Shown: positions 1 through 8,667 of the stretch, piece by piece
Numbering within the stretch: position 1 is the stretch's first letter
How the letters are laid out: each line of letters starts with the position of its first letter
NCBI GenBank assembly: GCA_035623825.1
Contig: DASPSR010000022.1
Location: forward strand, 128,001-192,000
DNA: 64,000 nt
Reading direction: 5' to 3'
DNA from: Nitrospirota bacterium
GTDB taxonomy: Bacteria > Nitrospirota > UBA9217
Translations under genes and position numbers: made by a program
Notes under the pieces: generated by a model
The model's database searches: none
Told to the model about the DNA's origin: nothing
Seen by the model: only the letters and a program-made list of their open reading frames with translations

Positions 1-290
1 CGGCTGCCGGGTACATAACTGTTGATTTCGTACTTGGCAATGTGATTGAGCCTAGGCTCATGGGACGGAGGCTTGGCCTATCCACGCTGGTTGTAATTCT
101 CTCGTTGTTTTTTTGGGGAGGCCTGCTCAATCTTATCGGGGTGGTTCTGTGCATACCCTTGACCATGACCGTGAAGTTTGCATGCGAGAATAACAAAAGC
201 ACCCGCTGGATCGCGGTATTGCTCGGTCCCGAGATGACCCCTGCGCAAGTTTCACCGGCTTCCAAGAAGGGGACCGATAAGGCGGCATGA
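1..290 (+). CDS. AI-2E family transporter (3' part, truncated by window edge)
   Basis: Frame open from position 3: ...LGNVIEPRLMGRRLGLSTLVVILSLFFWG...GVVLCIPLT, the typical AI-2E/PerM C-terminal motif. Confidence 0.85.
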   Translation, partial: AAGYITVDFVLGNVIEPRLMGRRLGLSTLVVILSLFFWGGLLNLIGVVLCIPLTMTVKFACENNKSTRWIAVLLGPEMTPAQVSPASKKGTDKAA

Positions 291-471
291 CATAAATCAA
301 GAAGGCTCGGCAGAAAGGAGCGCCATGTTGATGCATCGGTGCGCCGTGCATAGCAGGCTATGGGTCACGGCGAATTGCATGACCTAGATCCTTACGTTTT
401 GCCCGCTATTCCGCATTTCATAGAAGGCCAGCGGCAATCAGTACATTCCCGTACGATAGAGGTATGATGAT

Positions 472-1341
472 ATGAGCATATTGAAGATATTTGTTCTTGC
501 AATCGTTCAAGGCGCCGCCGAACTGCTGCCCGTTTCGAGTTCCGCACATGTTATTGTTGCGGAGAAATTAATGGGGCTTGATCCTACAAGCCCTGAAATG
601 ACACTCCTCCTGGTGATGCTCCATACCGGCACAATGTTCGCGGTCATATTTTTCTTCTGGAGTTCCTGGAAACAAAATTTTTTCGCTTCGCAAAAGGTAT
701 TTTTAAATTCAGCCAAATTCATTGTAGTGGCCACCTTATTCACGGCAATCACAGGCCTTTTGCTGAAATTACTCATCGAGAAGATCTTCATGAAGGGTGT
801 CCCCCATGCGGAAATAGAGCTCCTGTTTGGGAATTTGGACCTAGTATCGATCTCGCTCGCATGCGCTGGCATTTTAATCATGATCGCCGGGTGGAAGACC
901 CACCAACGCCCGGGCGCAAAGCCTGGTTTGGACACCAAAAGCTCAAGCTGGATCGGAATCGTGCAAGGTGTCTGCTTGCCGTTCCGCGGGTTCTCTCGTT
1001 CCGGAGCGACGATATCCACGGGACTTCTCTTGGGCATTGAAAAAGCGAGGGCTGAAGAATTCAGTTTCGCCCTCGCCGTCGTGCTTACCCCGCCCGTTAT
1101 CGCCAGAGAAATCTTGAGGCTGTTAAAGGCGCAGCATGTGAATACACTAACGTCAGCGAGTACGATGAGTCTCTTTTACCCCAGCCTGCTCGGCATGGTA
1201 TTGAGTTTCATCGCAGGTATTCTGGCCCTTCGTTGGCTTTCCAACTGGCTGGTCCGGGGGCGTTGGCATTTCTTCGGGATCTATTGCATAGTCGCAGCGC
1301 TTGCCGTTTTTCTGCTTAATGTGACCCTCTTCGTGGAGTAG
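472..1341 (+). CDS. uppP: Undecaprenyl-diphosphate phosphatase (BacA family)
   Basis: QGAAELLPVSSSAH and RGFSRSGATI motifs; multiple TM helices; AGAGG SD upstream. Confidence 0.92.
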   Translation: MSILKIFVLAIVQGAAELLPVSSSAHVIVAEKLMGLDPTSPEMTLLLVMLHTGTMFAVIFFFWSSWKQNFFASQKVFLNSAKFIVVATLFTAITGLLLKLLIEKIFMKGVPHAEIELLFGNLDLVSISLACAGILIMIAGWKTHQRPGAKPGLDTKSSSWIGIVQGVCLPFRGFSRSGATISTGLLLGIEKARAEEFSFALAVVLTPPVIAREILRLLKAQHVNTLTSASTMSLFYPSLLGMVLSFIAGILALRWLSNWLVRGRWHFFGIYCIVAALAVFLLNVTLFVE

Positions 1342-1529
1342 TCCATTCCAGGCGTAAAATGAGTGAAATTATCGACTTCCTGCAGTCCATGGCATTTGAG
1401 GCGGTCAACATATTAGTCCTTCACTCTTTTTGCAATAGTAGTCCTCTCTATGCCGTGTATGCATAGTAGAAATGATTCCAAGTATTTTGTACATTTCACC
1501 CCATCAAATCTTTTGCGGTCTCGAGCGGC

Positions 1530-1558
1530 TTGCAAAAACATTCAGACTGTAATATACT
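1530..1558 (+). promoter_or_regulatory. sigma-70-type promoter of the DsbA-like selenoprotein gene
   Basis: TTGCAA(1530-1535)-17 nt-TATACT(1553-1558). Confidence 0.6.
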
Positions 1559-1600
1559 GTGGCAATCAGCTTGATGATATCGAATAGAAAGGATAATAAA

Positions 1601-2458
1601 ATGATAAGGACATCAATCCGCGCAGCCGCATGTATCCCCCTTGTTGCCATCTGCCTGCTCTTCGCGGGCCGGCCTTCCCATGCTGACATTGAGTGGTCAG
1701 AAAAAAAACAGATCAAAATCGAGGTTTCACCGATTGACATGGTGACATCTCCCGATGGCAAATGGTTGATTGTCCTGTCTTCGGGCGAGATTCTTGTGTA
1801 TTCAATGCCCGAAGGCAAAGTAATAAGCCGTATGCCGGTGGACAAGGCCTTCGACAAGCTCACATACTCCGCCGCGGACGAGACCATCATCTTATCGAGC
1901 AGCGCCGGAAAAACGGTGGAATTTGTCCAAATTGCCGAAGTTCACAAATTTTCCCTGGAAGGGCTCCCCTTCAAGGGTCCTAAGAACGCCCCTGTAACCG
2001 TCGTGGTGTTCAGCGATTACCAATGACCATACTGCGCACGGCTTGAGCCGTTCTTCCAGCAGTTGCTGGATAAATACCCCAAAGAGATCAAACTTGTTCT
2101 TAAAAACTTCCCCCTTCCCATGCATCCGTTTGCGCGAAAGGCCGCGGCCGCAGCACTTGCGGCGAACAATCAGGGAAAATACTGGGAATTCAGCCAGATG
2201 CTGTTTCAAAATTTTTCGAGTTTAGATGATGCGAAGATCGAGGACATTGCTAGACAACTCGGTTTGGACATGGAAAAGTTCAACCGGGATCTCACTGATG
2301 CGTCCGTGCAACACCTCATTGACAGAGACATAAGCGAAGCCGAAAAAGCATCTGTCCAGGGAACCCCCTCGATTTTTGTCAACGGCATGGCGCTGAAAAA
2401 TCGCAGACCTAATGAATTTCAGGAGATGATAGAAACTGAATTAAAGAAAAAGAAATAA
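1601..2458 (+). CDS. Secreted DsbA/Com1-like thioredoxin-fold selenoprotein (U-P-Y-C) with N-terminal beta-propeller-like segment; Sec at TGA 2024-2026
   Basis: ORFs 1559..2026 and 2063..2458 are in the same frame; read-through gives KGPKNAPVTVVVFSDYQ-U-PYCARLEP...KNFPLPMH...GTPSIFVNG; signal peptide from ATG 1601 with AAAGGA SD; hairpin 11 nt after the UGA. Confidence 0.88.
2038..2051 (+). promoter_or_regulatory. Bacterial SECIS-like hairpin
   Basis: ACGGC-TTGA-GCCGT stem-loop with G in the apical loop, starting 11 nt 3' of in-frame TGA 2024-2026. Confidence 0.7.
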
Positions 2459-3452
2459 ATGGGTAGCCCGGTTTTTTCCTCTCGAGTCATCCTCATGTTG
2501 GAGGCCCTGACAAGAGGTAAGCACAGAGTATGTTGCATGTGGTGAATGACCCTTGCTTTTCCTCGGGAGTGTGTCAAGTTTTTTTGAGGGAAAAATCTGA
2601 CTGCGTCAATTACCCATAGGGGCTGGTGAAACGAGAGCTGCGCTTTTCTACCGAATATCGATCTATTCTCCGCCTTACGTTTGCCGCGGTTGACCTGACC
2701 ATCCCTGCCACGCCCATATGTGAACACACCCCCTATCTTCGAGGTTCATTGTGCTGCTCGTCCGGCACTCATGAACATCATACGTAATATATGATGACCG
2801 GCCCTCCCTTTTCTTTGAGCTGCAATATCGTCGAACCGTGTGTATTGCTTCATACCGTCAACAGCGTATGCGCATCGGTTTTCGGCAGGAAGGAGACCTG
2901 TACGGGGAATGCAGACCGTGGACAACAGCCAGCGATTTTTTTTTATAAATGCGTGCTACTATGTGAGGGTCATTGTGGTTTGAGCACAGGCAGGCATATC
3001 AAGAAGGAAAGGGGAGCCCCAACCCGGGAGCTCATCGCCGTGCTGTCGCACGAGGGAAGAGTCTTGCGGAGCAGGGTGGCGTAGTATGCAGCTGTTGTTC
3101 CGGGCATCATTTACCGTATTTATTTCTATCCGGGAGGCCGCGCTCACCTATCAGATCCTTGGACAGATCGAGTTCATTTTTGTGAACCGGCGCCGTGTCC
3201 GGAAAAGGATTCCCACCAGCAGCTTCTCTACTGCCGGAAAACACATCTCTCGTCGAAATGATGGTGGAGGCAGGTGAAGATGTGATGGTCTCCCCGGTGT
3301 GACTGGATGACACCTCTAAAACGATTGATATAGTTGACATCGTTTGTTGTTTTTGACGCTGCAGATATGATACAATGTCATATCAAAGAAAAGGAACCCG
3401 GTGACGTGCTGTGCCCACCCTTTTGCCTTTTCTGAAAAAAGGGGAATGAACG

Positions 3453-4118
3453 GTGATGAAAAGATTCCGCGTGCAGTATCTACGCCTGTTTTTTCTGGCG
3501 GGTGCAGCTCTTTTGATGACCGGTGCTGGCACGCAAACCACGCTTTCACCATACGCCGAGGCCGTGGCGAAAATCATTAAGTTCGACCGGCAGGTGCTGC
3601 TTCTGGTGAAGGAAGAGTCAGGGGAGAGTATCCATCGGCTTATCGGCTATGACGAAAAAGGCTATCAGATCGTTGCCGACGGCATCTATGTGCCGGTCCC
3701 CGAGGACAAGACGGAATCCATTCTTGGCTCGCTGCGGAAAAAACTCGCTCCCCTCAGGTATATGGCCTTCATCGTCGAGTTGAACGCCGCGATCAAGACC
3801 GACAAGATCGGGGTGCTCAAAGGCACGGACCAGTACGACATTCTCAGGATCATGCATACGAACGGCGACGACTTCGACATATCCAATGAGGATGTGATCG
3901 AGCAGCTGAAAGAGTGGGAGAAGGCCTATCCCTTTGACATCATTGGCGCGGAAAACGATTGGGTGGAAATAGAGTTCAAGACCTTACCGAAAGACCTCAA
4001 GTCCTTTGCCGAGGAAGTATATGATTTCTGCCCCGATGCAGTTGACCAGGGGGGGAGTCCTGCGGAGCTGGCAAACGAGATCCAGCAGACCAAGAGGCTG
4101 TTCCTATGGTGGGATTGA
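3453..4118 (+). CDS. Exported DUF4253-like domain protein
   Basis: Signal peptide; C-terminal FAEEVYDFCPDAVDQG...LFLWWD matches the DUF4253 pattern as I recall it. Confidence 0.75.
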   Translation: MMKRFRVQYLRLFFLAGAALLMTGAGTQTTLSPYAEAVAKIIKFDRQVLLLVKEESGESIHRLIGYDEKGYQIVADGIYVPVPEDKTESILGSLRKKLAPLRYMAFIVELNAAIKTDKIGVLKGTDQYDILRIMHTNGDDFDISNEDVIEQLKEWEKAYPFDIIGAENDWVEIEFKTLPKDLKSFAEEVYDFCPDAVDQGGSPAELANEIQQTKRLFLWWD

Positions 4119-4183
4119 CGGTCGTTACGATTGCGGGAGAATAGACTAAGGCTTGATTCGGTATTCTTATTTACTGTGATGAC

Positions 4184-4216
4184 AAAAAAAGCAGGTGGTT
4201 CTCAAACCACCTGCTT
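4184..4216 (-). terminator. Rho-independent terminator (for the 4286..4534 gene, possibly bidirectional)
   Basis: GCAGGTGGTT-CTCA-AACCACCTGC stem flanked by A7 (U-tract on minus strand). Confidence 0.75.
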
Positions 4217-4285
4217 GGCAAAGTATTGTTTCTGACAAGATAACTTTTTTCCGCCCGAGTATAATGAATTGGCGGTATTGTTGAA

Positions 4286-4534
4286 CTACTTTCCTGCCGG
4301 GGCTGCCGGGGCTGCCGGGGCCATCGGGGCCTCTTCCTTCTTAGCGGCCTCCTTCTTCTCCTTCTTCTTCTTCTTCTTCTCGGCCTTCTTCTCCTTATGG
4401 GACTTCTTCTTAGGAGCCGTCTCTGCCTTCTTCTCAGGTGCCGGCGCCGGAGCCGGAGCCGTCTCCTGTGCGAACGCAACGCCGAGGGTCAGGACAAATG
4501 CCATTGCCGTGAAAAATGCGATAAGCTTTTTCAT
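4286..4534 (-). CDS. Small secreted Lys/Ala/Pro/Glu-rich low-complexity protein
   Basis: Strong SD (AAGGAGGTGA), signal peptide MKKLIAFFTAMAFVLTLGVAFA, own TTGACA-17-TAAATT promoter and terminator. Confidence 0.85.
   Translation of the reverse strand: MKKLIAFFTAMAFVLTLGVAFAQETAPAPAPAPEKKAETAPKKKSHKEKKAEKKKKKKEKKEAAKKEEAPMAPAAPAAPAGK
4294..4395. repeat. Coding tandem repeats: 9-bp GCCGGGGCT units and (TTC)n microsatellite
   Basis: Direct reading; they encode the APA repeats and poly-Lys of the small secreted protein. Confidence 0.75.
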
Positions 4535-4759
4535 TCAGTTTCACCTCCTTTCATCATTAATTAGCTTTATAATTTATCAAATTCACAATGCATTGTCAAG
4601 ATAAAATAAATTGCCAATCTTAATAGTGCCCGTTGCACCTTGGAAGCATCCCTGACGTAAATTCTTCAAGTCGAATTAAGACTTCCATGCGTTCACTGGT
4701 CACATAATTAAGACACGTGTTTTCACCAAAAGTTTAATGCAGTCAAAAAACCACAAAAA

Positions 4760-4960
4760 CCTGCGTACAGTACGTTTTTTATAAAGACATGAGCAGGAGA
4801 GCCTGCCGGGAATCAAGCACATCCCCGTGGAAGAGCAAGATCCGAGGTAACGTCCAGTCGAATGCTGAAGGCCGAACAACCGCAGACAGTCGAAGCAGGC
4901 ATGCCCAGCCATGCTTGTTTCATTGAGAAACGGGTGTTCAGCATGCTGGCTGATGCGGAA
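4760..4960 (+). pseudogene. Possible eroded rhodanese-like gene remnant
   Basis: Fragments in shifting frames: HEQESLPGIKHIPVEE*, RSRHA, FIEKRVFSML resemble rhodanese motifs; interrupted by stops. Confidence 0.25.
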
Positions 4961-5123
4961 AGCATCATCCGGACAAGATGGCGCCGCTCATGGAAAGCAA
5001 CGTCTGACGATGTTTCTCTTGACAACAATGGGGGAATTCGATAGATTGCGTTGGTAAGCGAATGTCCCGAGTCGATACGCGTAGCCACTAGCTTGCTGAA
5101 AGAAGAGCATTTTCGCCACGAAT

Positions 5124-5153
5124 CCGTTCTTTATCGAAAAGGACGGTTTTTTT
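5124..5153 (+). terminator. Terminator-like hairpin about 30 nt upstream of the lipoprotein gene
   Basis: CCGTTCTTT-ATCGA-AAAGGACGG followed by T7. Confidence 0.6.
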
Positions 5154-5182
5154 CTTGAAATTATCATGAGGAGGGATGGACT

Positions 5183-5581
5183 GTGAAAAAAATATCATTA
5201 TCTATCGCGGCTGCTGTTGTGGCGGCGATGATGCTTTTCGGATGTTCAAAAGGGTATGAATCACAAAAGACGGTAGACGACCTTAAGATCACGCTCTTTG
5301 TCCAGCGCTATCCGCTCGTGAAGGGGGACAACACGCTGAATGTAAAGATGGAAGATTCGACCGGTAAAGCGGTGACCGATGCAGCAGTGAACGTCCGTTA
5401 CTACATGCCGACCATGCCCGGCATGGCACCAATGGACTTCAACACGCAGGCGGTCCCCAAAGGCGGTTTGTTCTCTTTCTCTGCCAACGTCCCTATGGAA
5501 GGCGGTTGGAAGACAGAAGTGTCCGTGGCGCGGCCGGGAAAGCCTGCTGTCATGGCCACTTTTAATCTCGATGCGAGGTAG
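5183..5581 (+). CDS. FixH/YtkA-like Ig-fold lipoprotein, Met-rich (likely Cu-binding)
   Basis: Lipobox LFGC; PLVKGDNTL..., YYMPTMPGMAPM, PMEGGW motifs; GTG start with GGAG SD. Confidence 0.75.
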   Translation: MKKISLSIAAAVVAAMMLFGCSKGYESQKTVDDLKITLFVQRYPLVKGDNTLNVKMEDSTGKAVTDAAVNVRYYMPTMPGMAPMDFNTQAVPKGGLFSFSANVPMEGGWKTEVSVARPGKPAVMATFNLDAR

Positions 5582-5729
5582 TCAGAAGGCAAACCAGAGA
5601 TTCTCGCGTCGGATGGAAGAAATCGGAATTTCGCTGGGAGCGCAGACGATCAAATGTTTTAAAGCTTGAGGTTTGATGTTGTTTCGGATTTAGAGCTAAG
5701 TGTTCCGGGTTTGTCGCATACATCAATTC

Positions 5730-6836
5730 ATGCCTAGGTTCTCCTTCAGGAATCTCAAGGGTATCAGGGCACTCGTGCTCTCAGGCCTTCTTGCGCTCAT
5801 CACCCTCGTGCACTATCTCGCTGGGGGGGCGCGGGCGGGGATGCTCCACGGCATTCTCGGCCACCTCTACATCGTGCCAATTATCCTTGGCGCCTATTGG
5901 TACGGGATCAAGGGCGGTTTAGGCGTTTCAATCGCAGCGGCAGTCCTCTTTTCGCCTCATCTGCTCCTTCACTGGACGGATCCATTCCTTGATATCTATA
6001 ATTTCGTCGAGTTGTTCCTCTTCCTCCTCATAGGCGGCGTCACGGGCGTCCTGAGTCAGATGGAGCGCAATCAACGCATGCGCTACGAACATGCCTTGGT
6101 AAGGCTGGACGAGTCACACCGGAAATTGAAGGAACAGACGGACATTCTGTTCCAAACAGAGGAACAGCTCAGAAGGGCTGACCGGCTGTCTGCGCTCGGC
6201 GAACTGTCCGCTGGCATGGCGCATGAGATACGGAACCCTCTCGGCTCCATCAAAGGCGCGGTAGAGATACTGCAGGACGATTACCGGCCCGGCGAAGCCA
6301 AGTACGAGTTCATCCAGATCCTCCAGAAAGAGACGGACCGCCTGAATCAGATCGTGCAGGAATTCCTGAGCTTCGCCCGGCCCAAGCAGCCTGAGTTCCA
6401 ATTAGCCGACATGAATATGTCCATCGAGTCCGTGCTTACCTTGACGGCTCAGGAAGCGAAGAAGGCCGGAGTAACGGTGGAGAAGAGGCTCGATCAGTCA
6501 ATTGGAAAACGCAGCCTTGACGCCGGTTTACTCAAGCAGGCGTTCTTGAACCTGGTCTTGAACGCCATCCAGGCCATGCCCAGCGGCGGCGTCCTGAACG
6601 TCGAGAGCGGGCTTCGAGATGATGCTGTTGAGGTCACGATCCAGGACACGGGCATCGGCATCCCAGAAGAGAACCGGAAGAAGCTCTTTAGCCCCTTTTT
6701 CACGACTAAGAAGAACGGTACAGGGCTCGGCCTCGCCATCACGTACCGTATCATCCAGAACCACAGGGGCACCATCGACGTGAAAAGCGAGCAGGGCAAG
6801 GGGACGACGTTCACGGTGAAGATCCCGATCGGGTAA
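5730..6836 (+). CDS. Membrane sensor histidine kinase (HisKA + HATPase), His-rich TM sensor
   Basis: AHEIRNPL H-box, NLVLNAIQAM N-box, DTGIGI, FFTTK, GTGLGL; N-terminal TM helices with several His. Confidence 0.92.
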   Translation: MPRFSFRNLKGIRALVLSGLLALITLVHYLAGGARAGMLHGILGHLYIVPIILGAYWYGIKGGLGVSIAAAVLFSPHLLLHWTDPFLDIYNFVELFLFLLIGGVTGVLSQMERNQRMRYEHALVRLDESHRKLKEQTDILFQTEEQLRRADRLSALGELSAGMAHEIRNPLGSIKGAVEILQDDYRPGEAKYEFIQILQKETDRLNQIVQEFLSFARPKQPEFQLADMNMSIESVLTLTAQEAKKAGVTVEKRLDQSIGKRSLDAGLLKQAFLNLVLNAIQAMPSGGVLNVESGLRDDAVEVTIQDTGIGIPEENRKKLFSPFFTTKKNGTGLGLAITYRIIQNHRGTIDVKSEQGKGTTFTVKIPIG

Positions 6837-6873
6837 AGCCTGCCATGAGGAAATGGCAGCGGCGTTTTATTGT

Positions 6874-8226
6874 ATGAAGAAGCCTTCAGTCCTCCTTATA
6901 GACGATGACGACAGCCTGCGACGGGTCATTGAGTTCAGCCTGACCGAAGCGGGGTACAATGTCCAGGCTGCGGCAAGCGGCGAAAAGGGACTCGCCTTGT
7001 TCGAGACGGGCTCCTTTGACGCGGTTATCACGGACATCACCATGCCCGGCATGAGCGGCATGGAGGTCCTCGCGAAGATCCATCAGCGCGACGAAGCGCT
7101 TCCCGTCCTTGTCATCACTGCATACGGCACGATCGAGAATGCCGTGGAGGCCATGAAAAGAGGCGCGTTCGACTATGTCACGAAGCCTTTTAACCGCGAT
7201 GAGCTCCGGCTTGCGCTTAACAAGGCTCTCAGGATGCGGCGCCTGGAGAAGGAAAATGTCGAGCTGCGTGCCGAGATCACGGACCGATACCGCTTCCAGA
7301 GCATCGTTGGAAACAGCCAGAAGATCAAGGAAGTGCTCGAGATTGCCGGGCGCGTGGCTGCGAGCGAGGCAAGCGTGCTGATTACGGGTGAGAGCGGCAC
7401 GGGCAAGGAATTGCTGGCAAAGGGCATCCACTATAACAGCCCCCGCGCGGACGGCCCCTTCGTGGCCGTTAACTGCGCGGCGATTCCCGAGCACTTGATC
7501 GAAAGCGAGCTCTTCGGTCATGTCAGGGGCGCATTCACTGGCGCAGTTAAGGACAGGGAGGGCCGGTTCGAGCTTGCAACGGGCGGCACGCTGTTCCTCG
7601 ATGAGATCGGGGACCTTCGCGTGGAACTGCAGGCTAAGATCCTTCGCGCGCTCCAGGAGCGGCAGGTGGACCGCGTGGGCGGCAAGCATCCGGTTCCCGT
7701 CGACGTGCGTATTATCGCTTCGACGAATAAGGACATCGAACGGGCGGTCAAAGAGGGGATCTTCCGCGAAGACCTGTACTATCGGCTGAGCGTGATCATG
7801 CTGCACATGCCGCCGCTTCGTGAACGGAAAGACGACATCCCGATTCTCGTGCAGCATTTTCTGAAGAAGTTCAATAGGGGGGCAGAGGTCAGCATTGATC
7901 ACGAAGCGCTCTCACTGCTGACGGCATACGGATGGCCCGGAAATGTGAGGGAGCTTGAGAACAGCATCGAACGGGCATCGGTGCTCAAGAGGGGGAATAC
8001 CATAACCGCGGGAGATCTTCCCGATAGGCTCAAGAAAGAAAAGTCGATCGTCGAGAACATTATTTTGAACCTCCCGGACGAAGGAATAGCGCTCGAGGAC
8101 CTGGAGAGAAACCTCATCATCAAGGCCCTTGAGAAGCACAATGGCAACCAGACCCGGGCGGCGGAGTATCTCGGGATAACGAGGCCTACCCTCATCTACC
8201 GCATGGAAAAGTATGGAATAAAATAA
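6874..8226 (+). CDS. NtrC/AtoC-family sigma-54-dependent response regulator
   Basis: REC domain (DDD, DITMPG), GESGTGKE, GAFTGA, FLDEIG, WPGNVREL, C-terminal Fis HTH; start may be 6853. Confidence 0.95.
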   Translation: MKKPSVLLIDDDDSLRRVIEFSLTEAGYNVQAAASGEKGLALFETGSFDAVITDITMPGMSGMEVLAKIHQRDEALPVLVITAYGTIENAVEAMKRGAFDYVTKPFNRDELRLALNKALRMRRLEKENVELRAEITDRYRFQSIVGNSQKIKEVLEIAGRVAASEASVLITGESGTGKELLAKGIHYNSPRADGPFVAVNCAAIPEHLIESELFGHVRGAFTGAVKDREGRFELATGGTLFLDEIGDLRVELQAKILRALQERQVDRVGGKHPVPVDVRIIASTNKDIERAVKEGIFREDLYYRLSVIMLHMPPLRERKDDIPILVQHFLKKFNRGAEVSIDHEALSLLTAYGWPGNVRELENSIERASVLKRGNTITAGDLPDRLKKEKSIVENIILNLPDEGIALEDLERNLIIKALEKHNGNQTRAAEYLGITRPTLIYRMEKYGIK

Positions 8227-8351
8227 TGTTTGGGTGATACGCGGTTCAAGACTCTTGAGAGAAAAAATCTTCCCCTTCCGCCCTGAATCGTGTATCATAT
8301 ATCCGATAACGTGGATTCGCGCTGCCAATTTGGAGGGAGGAATATCGTGTC

Positions 8352-8570
8352 ATGGTAAAGACAACGCTGAAGATTCAGGGAATGACCTGCAATCATTGCG
8401 TGATGCGTGTGACAAAGGCGCTCAAGGCAGTACCGGGTGTCCAGGATGCGCACGTGGATATGAAGAAGGCTGAAGCGGTCGTAACATATGACGAAAGCAA
8501 GGCCGGCACTGGCAAGTTGTCTACCGCCGTTGTTGAGGCTGGTTACAAGGTTGTATCAAGCGGGGAATAA
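8352..8570 (+). CDS. copZ: Heavy-metal-associated (HMA) copper chaperone
   Basis: GMTCNHC motif, 72 aa, GGAGGGAGG SD. Confidence 0.88.
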   Translation: MVKTTLKIQGMTCNHCVMRVTKALKAVPGVQDAHVDMKKAEAVVTYDESKAGTGKLSTAVVEAGYKVVSSGE

Positions 8571-8591
8571 GCCATATTTTTTCAACGCAGC

Positions 8592-8620
8592 TTGACAACG
8601 GAGCTGCCTGTCAGTATAAT
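8592..8620 (+). promoter_or_regulatory. Consensus sigma-70 promoter of fba
   Basis: TTGACA-17 nt-TATAAT perfect consensus. Confidence 0.85.
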
Positions 8621-8667
8621 TCCACCGTCCGGAAATCCGGTCTTCAATATCATCATAGGAGGGCTCA

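Noticed and set aside
1559-2458. Treating 1559..2026 and 2063..2458 (and likewise 13614..13796) as separate genes or pseudogenes
   Set aside because: The pieces are in frame, the TGA sits at a conserved Cys position and SECIS-like hairpins follow, so Sec read-through is the simpler explanation
4171-4604. Arg-rich (4171..4479, -) and Phe-rich (4269..4604, +) ORFs
   Set aside because: Alternative-frame shadows of the low-complexity secreted protein gene, which has the SD and signal peptide
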